A stretch of DNA of 30,975 nt from a virus. Taxonomy: Duplodnaviria > Caudoviricetes. The position numbers and the translations under genes are program-made. Location: the IMG/VR virus record IMGVR_UViG_3300033076_000560, positions 1 to 30,975 of that record; one strand, given 5' to 3'. This document shows positions 7,795 through 15,512 of the stretch, piece after piece (position 1 is the first letter of the stretch; each line of letters starts with the position of its first letter). The notes below the pieces were generated by a model. The model was given only the letters and a program-made list of their open reading frames with translations. It made no database searches and had not been told where the DNA came from.

Positions 7795-8295
7795 GTGGAC
7801 TTTTGGAATAAACAAGCATACGAAATCGCCTACAAGATTACATCTGGCCGCGACATTCACCGCGATCTAGTTGCTTTCGTGTACATTTTGCTACATGACA
7901 GAGGCATCGTTGCTGTTTCATTGCCTGCTGTATTTGCCCGCTATGCCTATCAGCAATATAACTGGAAGGATAGCGCGTTCAATAAGCAATATGCCAGCTA
8001 CACGGTTGACATTTCACAAATAAATATCGAGAAAGCCCAAGAGCAATATCAAGAAAACGGGTATGGAGTGCTACTAGATGAGTATTTTGATGAAGAAAGC
8101 AAGAGCGAAAATGAATTTTTTTGCAAAGAAATTGCTAAACTTGTCTTTCAATCAATGAGTTACCGCGAAATTGAGCGCTTAACAGGTATCAATATCCGCA
8201 CTACACACAAATCAATTAAACAATTTGCACATGATTTTAGGGATTTTTGCAGCCGTCGGAGCGGCCAGAGCATGGGAAACAATCAACAGGATTGA
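7795..8295 (+). CDS. Sigma-70/ECF-like factor, probable late-gene activator
   Basis: Region-2-like DLVAFVYILL; region-4 HTH MSYREIERLTGINIRTTHKSIK; placed before the packaging genes. Start is GTG 7795 or TTG 7789. Confidence 0.65.
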   Translation: MDFWNKQAYEIAYKITSGRDIHRDLVAFVYILLHDRGIVAVSLPAVFARYAYQQYNWKDSAFNKQYASYTVDISQINIEKAQEQYQENGYGVLLDEYFDEESKSENEFFCKEIAKLVFQSMSYREIERLTGINIRTTHKSIKQFAHDFRDFCSRRSGQSMGNNQQD

Positions 8296-8461
8296 TTTTA
8301 AGCCGTTTAATTGCACCCCGTGCATGTCTTTTTGGCTTGCTATTGTTTATTACCTTTGCTTATGGCTACTAACAGGTGCGCACCCAATTGTATTGGCAAA
8401 CGCTTTTGTGGCTTACTTACTTGCTCAATTAATATTCTTGTATGAAAAATCTCTTTACTAA
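8225..8461 (+). CDS. Small membrane protein with CxxC
   Basis: KPFNCTPCMSFWL plus hydrophobic helices. Confidence 0.6.
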   Translation: MHMILGIFAAVGAARAWETINRIDFKPFNCTPCMSFWLAIVYYLCLWLLTGAHPIVLANAFVAYLLAQLIFLYEKSLY

Positions 8462-8642
8462 AATCAAACGCGTCATTGTTTGGCTGTTTCGCAAAAAACC
8501 AAAAGCCAAAACAATGACCGAACAAGATAGGGTCTTTGCGTCAATCGGCGCCATTCTTGTCATGGAGCTTCGCAGTAGTCGCGACCTGCGCCGAAAAATT
8601 CGCGGCACAAATCTTGAAACCAAATTAAAAAAGTACATATGA
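8442..8642 (+). CDS. Hypothetical protein
   Basis: 66 aa basic protein, overlapping its neighbours. Confidence 0.5.
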   Translation: MKNLFTKIKRVIVWLFRKKPKAKTMTEQDRVFASIGAILVMELRSSRDLRRKIRGTNLETKLKKYI

Positions 8643-9055
8643 TCACTACAACCATTTCACCCGAACTTTTAGAGAAATTGCAATATTTTGCCAAGTACGG
8701 CAGCTGCAATATGTCTCGGCCCATTAAACAAGAATTGGCAGTACACTATAAGCAAGCGACAGGAAGCACACTTAACATCGACTGTGGCACGTGCGTAAGC
8801 CAAGCAATGCACCGCGTTAATGCAGAGCTCAAAGGCAAAAAGAAAAAGGCTAAGAACGTTCAGTTTACAGGTGTTGCTCAAAGCGAGTTTGACGGCATGA
8901 ATTTCATGAAGCTCAAAAGCTTAGCCAAAGCAAAAGCGAAAGAGCTTGGTATTGAAGTGGCCGCAAATGCCAAAAAAGAGGAGTTGATTAAAATCTTGAC
9001 TGATGCCAGCGCAACCCAAAGTAATAGCGAAACCGAAAGCAACGGCGAAGCCTAA
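8639..9055 (+). CDS. Hypothetical protein with CxxC and a Rho-N/SAP-like helix pair
   Basis: CGTCV; MKLKSLAK...AKELGIEV..NAKKEELIKIL. Confidence 0.6.
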   Translation: MITTTISPELLEKLQYFAKYGSCNMSRPIKQELAVHYKQATGSTLNIDCGTCVSQAMHRVNAELKGKKKKAKNVQFTGVAQSEFDGMNFMKLKSLAKAKAKELGIEVAANAKKEELIKILTDASATQSNSETESNGEA

Positions 9056-9563
9056 GCCTAAAGCCAAGGCCAAAACGCCAGCTAAAAAGACTGTGAAAAA
9101 ACCCGAGTTAGCAAATAATTCGGGTATTCACTTTTTAATGGGCAGCAAAAAACTAGGCAGGCCGCGACAAATTGCACAACCAGAAGACCTTTGGAAATTG
9201 TTTTTGGAGTACAAAGAATGGTGCAAGCAAAACCCGAAACTTATTTACACCGCTTCTTTAGGTAAGTTGGTGCAAGTTCCTCACGAAAAACCGCTTACAC
9301 TTGAAGGTTTTGAGACTTATTGCCATGGCAAAGGGATTTCGATTTGTAATTACATGGAGCAAAGAAATGACGGCGCTTACTCTGATTTTTACGAAGTTGT
9401 AACATATATAAGAACCCAAATTCGAGGCGAGCAAATCGAGGGCGCGATGATTGGCCAATACAACGGCAACATCGTTTCAAGAGTTAATCACCTAGCCGAG
9501 CGCACTGAAAACATAAACACAAACGTCGAAGTACCACTATTCCCGGACGTGTCAAACGAATAG
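9003..9563 (+). CDS. terS: Terminase small subunit (P22 gp3-like DNA-packaging protein)
   Basis: GRPRQIAQPEDLWKLFLEYKEW...PLTLEGF...GAMIGQYNGNIVSR; directly upstream of TerL. Alternative start at 9138. Confidence 0.8.
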   Translation: MPAQPKVIAKPKATAKPKPKAKAKTPAKKTVKKPELANNSGIHFLMGSKKLGRPRQIAQPEDLWKLFLEYKEWCKQNPKLIYTASLGKLVQVPHEKPLTLEGFETYCHGKGISICNYMEQRNDGAYSDFYEVVTYIRTQIRGEQIEGAMIGQYNGNIVSRVNHLAERTENINTNVEVPLFPDVSNE

Positions 9564-9566
9564 CAA

Positions 9567-10733
9567 ATGTTCAAACGAACAACCGCAATCAATAAAATCC
9601 TAGCCATGAAGGCCCGAAAAAAGGTTATTCAGGGCGGCACATCAGCAGGCAAAACTTACGCGGTTATGCCTATTCTTATCGACAAGGCTTTGCGCACACC
9701 TCGCTTAAAAATAACGGTTGTCGCTGAGACAATACCAGCGGTAAGGGATGGTGCGGTTGACATCTTTAAACAAGTCATGTTTGATACAGGGCGCTGGATT
9801 GATTCCCAATGGATAGCTAACCCAATGGAATATAAATTTGGCAACGGATCGCGAATACAATTTAAAGCCTTTGATACCGAGGGAAAAGCAAAGGCGGCAG
9901 GCAAGCGCGACATCTTGTTTTTGAACGAGGCTAATCACATACCCTTTATTATTGCCGATGCTTTAATGATTCGCTCAAAAGAAACCTACATCGACTTCAA
10001 CCCAAACAATGAATTTTGGGCGCACACTGAGGTGCTCAAAGAGCCAAACGCCGAATTTTTACTACTCACCTACCGAGATAACGAAGCATTGCCACCTGAA
10101 ACTTTGGAGGATTTAATGATTAAAAAGGCAAAGGCCGTCGATTCTCAATACTGGGCTAATTGGTGGAAGGTTTACGGCGAGGGGCAAATAGGCATGCTCC
10201 AGGGCGTTGTCTTTGATAACTGGGAAGTAATACCGCAATTGCCAAAAGAAGCGAAGCTACTAGGATACGGCAAGGATTTCGGCTATACGAATGACCCTAC
10301 TACAATGGTATTGATTTACGAGCACAACGGCAAAAAGATATGGCATGAAGGGATTTATCAAACAGGGCTTTTGAATAGCGATATTTATCGCCTTGCTAAA
10401 GACTTGGTGCGGCCTAATGATGTGGGCTTTGCAGATAGCGCCGACCCTAAAACGATAGCCGAGCTCCAAAGAATGGGATTGCGCGGTTTAAGGCCAGCAG
10501 AAAAAGGCAAGGATTCAATCCTTTACGGGATTCAAAAGATACAGCAAGAACCCTTTTTAGTTACCGCCGAAAGCACCAACATAATCAAAGAGCTTCGCGC
10601 CTACACTTGGGCAACCGATAGAGAGGGCAACAGCTTAAATACACCCATTGACCACAACAACCATGCTATTGATGCCGCAAGATATTGGTATCTTAGTCAA
10701 CAAAAAAACAGAAGTAAATACGTTTTCGCATGA
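9567..10733 (+). CDS. terL: Terminase large subunit (PBSX/Terminase_3 type)
   Basis: Walker A QGGTSAGKT, Walker B ILFLNEA, IDFNP; nuclease motifs DFGYTNDPT, DSADP, NHAIDAARY. Confidence 0.95.
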   Translation: MFKRTTAINKILAMKARKKVIQGGTSAGKTYAVMPILIDKALRTPRLKITVVAETIPAVRDGAVDIFKQVMFDTGRWIDSQWIANPMEYKFGNGSRIQFKAFDTEGKAKAAGKRDILFLNEANHIPFIIADALMIRSKETYIDFNPNNEFWAHTEVLKEPNAEFLLLTYRDNEALPPETLEDLMIKKAKAVDSQYWANWWKVYGEGQIGMLQGVVFDNWEVIPQLPKEAKLLGYGKDFGYTNDPTTMVLIYEHNGKKIWHEGIYQTGLLNSDIYRLAKDLVRPNDVGFADSADPKTIAELQRMGLRGLRPAEKGKDSILYGIQKIQQEPFLVTAESTNIIKELRAYTWATDREGNSLNTPIDHNNHAIDAARYWYLSQQKNRSKYVFA

Positions 10734-11428
10734 CACCACACAAACCAATTCACACGCTTTCGCAGGTCAAAATCAGACAAGTCGCCAAGTGGTTAAAGCT
10801 ACTCGAAGGATTCACAGAACAAAAGTATTCTGAGCTTAAAAACAACTTAGAATTTAAGGCGCAAGTTGTTAGCATTATGCTTGACATCACAATGAACCAA
10901 GCGCGCGCCATTGACATTGACGACTTGCTTCAAATATCCGACCACTATATCAATCTGTTTGCTTCATACCGATACCGCGAACCTTTGGAGCTTGTCGAGG
11001 TGAACGGGCAAAAGTTTCGATTCTCAAAGAGCACAGGAGCTTGGGGAACTGGGCAAATAATTGACGCAAAACTAATCACGCCAGAGCAAATATTTGAGCA
11101 CCCCGAGAGGCTTTTAGCTGTGCTTTACATTGAGGATGGTATGCGCTATTTTCAAGAGGATGAAAGGCAGCAAGTGTTAAATCCTACTGAACGGCGCGAG
11201 GCGCTTTTTAAGCAGCACTTTAGTGGTGAGGAGTTCTGGCATTTTGTCAATTTTTTTTTGTCGAACTGCGAAAACTGGAAACTCGCTATTTCGGGGATTC
11301 AGATAGCGAGGATGAGGATAGCAGCGAAGAACAGCCAGAAGATACTCAAGAGGAGACAACGACAAATGAAGATGCGTGGTTCTATTTTACACAAAATCTT
11401 GTCGAGGTTGCAAAGGAACTCAATCTAA
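10730..11428 (+). CDS. Probable tail assembly chaperone (gpG-like, 0-frame product)
   Basis: 232 aa; contains a T9 slippery run at 11251-11259 (VNFFL). Confidence 0.6.
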   Translation: MTPHKPIHTLSQVKIRQVAKWLKLLEGFTEQKYSELKNNLEFKAQVVSIMLDITMNQARAIDIDDLLQISDHYINLFASYRYREPLELVEVNGQKFRFSKSTGAWGTGQIIDAKLITPEQIFEHPERLLAVLYIEDGMRYFQEDERQQVLNPTERREALFKQHFSGEEFWHFVNFFLSNCENWKLAISGIQIARMRIAAKNSQKILKRRQRQMKMRGSILHKILSRLQRNSI

Positions 11429-11532
11429 AAGTTGACGACGTGGCGGCAATGCCTTACCCTAAGTATTTATTTTGGGTGAACTTCCTAAAACTAAGGCAAC
11501 AACGTAGCACAATATCAAATGGTCAATCTTAA
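11251..11532 (+). CDS. -1 frameshift extension (gpGT-like) of the chaperone
   Basis: The -1 frame is open from 11230 to 11532: FVELRKLETRYFGDSDSEDEDSSEEQPEDTQEETTTNEDAWFYFTQNLVEVAKELNLKVDDVAAMPYPKYLFWVNFLKLRQQRSTISNGQS*. It has no early ATG and fills the gap to the next gene. Confidence 0.7.
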   Translation, partial: FFFVELRKLETRYFGDSDSEDEDSSEEQPEDTQEETTTNEDAWFYFTQNLVEVAKELNLKVDDVAAMPYPKYLFWVNFLKLRQQRSTISNGQS

Positions 11533-12055
11533 CGATTTAGGGATAACAGGTAATGCCGCTCCGCAAACGGAGTACGAAACCCTAATACTCGGGATTGCGA
11601 ACGATGTAACCCAACAGCTCCGCGAAGCTGTACTAGCCAAAGCAAGCAACTCAGGCGCGCTTGCTCAATCCGTTGCTTACTTCCCAACAGGCGCACTATC
11701 TTTTGAAGTGCAAGCCGACCAATACTACAAGTTTGTCGATGAGGGTGTAAATGCCTTACCAAAAAAAGACGGTTATACCTATCGCCGCGCGTTAATGACT
11801 GGTAGCCCGTTTTCGTTCAAATACGATGGAGTAGGCACAAGAATGGCAACGGCTATCCAAAAGTGGAAAGGCAGCTCAATGTCTCAAGCATTTGCGACGG
11901 CTTACTCAATCAAGAGACACGGTATTCAGGCGCGTAACATTACGCCGTCTGTTTTCAATGAAGAACTATTGCAACGAATAGCAGATGATCTATTGCAGCT
12001 CACGGGCTTGCAATTCAATGTAACATTTACAAAAAATACCAATACATGGCAGTAA
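11519..12055 (+). CDS. HK97 gp10-like tail completion/neck protein
   Basis: SGALAQSV...YYKFVDEGV...AIQKW...AYSIKRHGIQAR pattern. Confidence 0.6.
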   Translation: MVNLNDLGITGNAAPQTEYETLILGIANDVTQQLREAVLAKASNSGALAQSVAYFPTGALSFEVQADQYYKFVDEGVNALPKKDGYTYRRALMTGSPFSFKYDGVGTRMATAIQKWKGSSMSQAFATAYSIKRHGIQARNITPSVFNEELLQRIADDLLQLTGLQFNVTFTKNTNTWQ

Positions 12056-13251
12056 CAATAACAAGCGGCCCGCAAAGAATACAACCGGGTTGCAATCCTT
12101 ACGAATGGAATTTTAGCAGCACAGAATACGCGCAGCCAAACTTTTATTTTGTGGTTCGCCTTACCATTAACGGGGTTGTGCACTCAACTCATGCCGCGTA
12201 TTTGGAAACAATCGACAGCGGTAAATTTGATGCAAGCGGAATTTTGCGCAGTTACCTAGCTTCAAACCTCATCACAACTGGCGCGCTCCTTACAAACTAC
12301 ACTGAGGCATTTGCCAAAGTAAGCATAACTGTATTTGAGAAATACGGCACGCCGCCTGCCTTGTATGCCAGTACGACATCTTCAACTTTTGTAGCCACAA
12401 ATACGGCTTTAAATCATTTGGATTTCATCGCCTGGGATTATCGCAATCACGATGCCTCAAGAAGTAACCCATTTACAGCGTTTCCGAACACGGTTGATTT
12501 TTTAACTACATGGCCGCGAACTTCAAAGGCTTTTGTAGGCATTGACCAAAGGGTATTTTTAGGTGTGTTATCGCTTGCCAAAAACATTGACTTTGTTTTC
12601 ACTCTTTACAATGCGGCAGGCGGTGTTGTAGCTACCGATACTGTGAACCAAATAACAAATGAGCTTGTAGTTATTGATTGTTCACCTGCTACAATTGTTG
12701 CCAATACTACCATAACAACGACGAACTTTGAAAACTCAGCGCGTTACACCGTGCAAGCGCAGGGCTTGGGCTTAGGAATTTACACGGGATTTAGTGAGGA
12801 GTTTGAGTTTTGGATTGATTTTGAATGTAAACGTTACCCGGTTCGCCGTTTGCACTGGCTTAATAAGTTCGGGGTGTGGGATGCCTTTACCTTTGATATG
12901 GATAGCGTGGAAACCGCCGAGATAACAACCCAAGACTACGAAAGAAACAAAGGCGTATGGGCTGAAAACGCGCACGTGTACCCAATTTATCAAGGGCAAA
13001 AAGTAAACGCCTCAAAGCAATCAAGCGCAATGATGTTGCTTAATAGCGACTGGATAAAACCCGAAGTGCAAAATTGGTTAGTTCAATCGCTTTACGAAAG
13101 CCCGCAAGTCTACCTTGAAACCTCGCTAGGATTTGAGCCCGTAAAAGTCATGAATTCAAACTACACGCTAAAAACGCGCAAGCGCAACGGCTTGATGCAG
13201 GAGCAAGTGCAAATTGAAAGAACGTACACTTACCAAAGCCAGCTAAACTAA
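12046..13251 (+). CDS. Tail-tip structural protein (distal-tail-like)
   Basis: Beta-rich; C-terminal LHWLNKFGVWDAFTF...LYESPQVYL motif of Bacteroidetes siphophage tail proteins. Confidence 0.6.
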   Translation: MAVTITSGPQRIQPGCNPYEWNFSSTEYAQPNFYFVVRLTINGVVHSTHAAYLETIDSGKFDASGILRSYLASNLITTGALLTNYTEAFAKVSITVFEKYGTPPALYASTTSSTFVATNTALNHLDFIAWDYRNHDASRSNPFTAFPNTVDFLTTWPRTSKAFVGIDQRVFLGVLSLAKNIDFVFTLYNAAGGVVATDTVNQITNELVVIDCSPATIVANTTITTTNFENSARYTVQAQGLGLGIYTGFSEEFEFWIDFECKRYPVRRLHWLNKFGVWDAFTFDMDSVETAEITTQDYERNKGVWAENAHVYPIYQGQKVNASKQSSAMMLLNSDWIKPEVQNWLVQSLYESPQVYLETSLGFEPVKVMNSNYTLKTRKRNGLMQEQVQIERTYTYQSQLN

Positions 13252-15512
13252 TGGACACGCAATTATTGATAAATGGCTTTGAGGTTGATTTAGCCGAGCG
13301 GCCAACGTTCCCGTTTTCATACAGCGTTGTTGAGTTGACCGATTTGTCAAAGCGCACGGGTAACTCTTCAAAAACCATAGTGTTGCCCGGAACATCAAAA
13401 AATCAATTGATATTCAACAGCATCTTTGAGCTCAGTTATATTCAAGACCCAAATGGGCAAAGCAGCTCGCTAGTTGATTTTGACCCAACAGTGAAAGCAA
13501 CGGCACAAGTATATCAAAATGGGCTATTGCAATTTAACGGCATCGCCCAGCTATTGACTTGCAAAATGCTAAAAGGCTTTTGGGTTTTCGAGGTCTCTTT
13601 GACTAGCGAAATAATTGACTACGTCGCCAAGATGCAGGAAGTCAAAATTTGTGAGCTTGATTTTTCTGAATACGATCATCTTTTGCGGCTTGAACGAGTT
13701 ACCGAAACATGGCTAGGAAACAACTACATAAACGGCGCGACAACCTCAATTAAAAGCGGTAGCGATTGGCTAGGTATCGGCTACTATTACGGCCTGATTG
13801 ATTACGGATTTCAAAGACCAAACGCGACAACGTGGGGATTGGAGCAATTCCCGTTACAAGTATTCATGTACGGCATACTTCAAAAGCTATTTGAGGCCGT
13901 CGGGCTTACATGGAGTAGCAACTTTTTAGAAAGCCAGCGATTCAAAAAACTAGCTTTAGCGTATGCAGGTGGTGAATTACCGTCGATTACCACCGCGCAA
14001 GCAGCAGCATTGAGCGCTACTAATGAGCAAATAAGCGCATCAACTTACTTTATTGAGGGTTCAAGCCCTGCTAACATTCAACAGCAAGTCATTAACGGTA
14101 CGCCTGAGTTTATTATAGGATTTGGCGAGGCTACATTTGCCGCGGCTTTATCGGTAAACGTACTAAGCGACCCGGGTAATCAAATGATAAGCGCATCACC
14201 ATTGCTATTCAAAGCGGCATCAAAAGGCCTTTACAACTTTGACTATTCCGGAACTCATGATTTTGATTTGAATTTCAATCTTTCTGGGGCAACTATTACA
14301 GCCATCAATGCGACTTATAAACTCAAGGCGGTAATCTATAAAAACAATGCAGTTTATTCAATTGAGGACATTTATAGCGGCAGCATTACCTCAACAGCTT
14401 TAAGTCAAAGCTACTCGATTAGTTACAGCTACTCAAAGCCTATCAACTTAAATATCAATGATGAGGTACGCATATCTTTTCGCCTTGTCATTAACATGAC
14501 GGGCATCGACATTGCAGGCTACTCTGGGCAAACGCTTAACTATTTTGCAGGCATCAAACCAAACTTAGCGGCCGCAAATATCAACAAGCAAGTAACGCAA
14601 ATCGCGCCTAATGAAATTGTAAGTCTTTCGGCATTGCTGCCAGATATGACCGGTAGCGACTTCTTTAACGGGATTTGTAAAATGTTCAACTTGCTAGTAT
14701 CACCCGACCAATACGAACCAACACAGCTAAACATCGAGCCGCTGATTGAATACTACAAGCCCGTAAACGAAGCGCTCAATTTTACCAACAAGTTAGACTT
14801 CAACGAGCAAATCGAAATCGTGCCCTCAGTCAATTACGCATCGAAGCAATATATTTTCAAATGGGCCGACGACGACGATTATTTTAATGTGGACTACAAG
14901 AATAAGTTTGATGAGCAATTTGGATCGTTTACAGTTTACAACCAGTCGCAGTACGCCTCACAAAACACGGTGTATCAATTGCCATTTTCACAAAAGGTTA
15001 TGGCTGATATTCCTGAGGACGATAGCACGTTCACGGGAATAATTGTACCGCGTTGTTTGAGCGTTCAATCTGGGTCTACTGCCAGCGCAAAAAAGGGTAA
15101 GCCGTTTGTTGTTCAGGTGGGCAATATGCGCGGTGTATCATTTCGCGTTGTGGATGAGCTAGGAGTAACCAACTCATTTAGTGAATATCCATACGTTGGA
15201 CACTTAGACGACATCGACGCGCCTACATTCGACTTGAATTTTGGAGTGCCAGACGTGCTTTATTGGCTTGGCGCTACTTATACGCAAAACAACCTATACC
15301 AATATCATGAGCAATTTATTAAAGAGCTTGTAAGCCGTTACGGCCGCCTTGTCAAATGCTCAATACGTTGGAATGAAGCCGATATTTACGCGCTTGACTT
15401 TAGGTATTTGCTACAAATAAATGGGGTTGTCTATCGCTTGCAAAAGATAAGCGACTACAATCCAACAAATGACAACTCAACCAAAACTGAACTACTTAAA
15501 TATATCGACTAA
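13251..15512 (+). CDS. Tail-tip hub/baseplate structural protein
   Basis: 753 aa; SKTIVLPGTSKNQLIF N-terminal motif, DFFNGICKMFNL; TAATG coupling. Confidence 0.65.
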   Translation: MDTQLLINGFEVDLAERPTFPFSYSVVELTDLSKRTGNSSKTIVLPGTSKNQLIFNSIFELSYIQDPNGQSSSLVDFDPTVKATAQVYQNGLLQFNGIAQLLTCKMLKGFWVFEVSLTSEIIDYVAKMQEVKICELDFSEYDHLLRLERVTETWLGNNYINGATTSIKSGSDWLGIGYYYGLIDYGFQRPNATTWGLEQFPLQVFMYGILQKLFEAVGLTWSSNFLESQRFKKLALAYAGGELPSITTAQAAALSATNEQISASTYFIEGSSPANIQQQVINGTPEFIIGFGEATFAAALSVNVLSDPGNQMISASPLLFKAASKGLYNFDYSGTHDFDLNFNLSGATITAINATYKLKAVIYKNNAVYSIEDIYSGSITSTALSQSYSISYSYSKPINLNINDEVRISFRLVINMTGIDIAGYSGQTLNYFAGIKPNLAAANINKQVTQIAPNEIVSLSALLPDMTGSDFFNGICKMFNLLVSPDQYEPTQLNIEPLIEYYKPVNEALNFTNKLDFNEQIEIVPSVNYASKQYIFKWADDDDYFNVDYKNKFDEQFGSFTVYNQSQYASQNTVYQLPFSQKVMADIPEDDSTFTGIIVPRCLSVQSGSTASAKKGKPFVVQVGNMRGVSFRVVDELGVTNSFSEYPYVGHLDDIDAPTFDLNFGVPDVLYWLGATYTQNNLYQYHEQFIKELVSRYGRLVKCSIRWNEADIYALDFRYLLQINGVVYRLQKISDYNPTNDNSTKTELLKYID

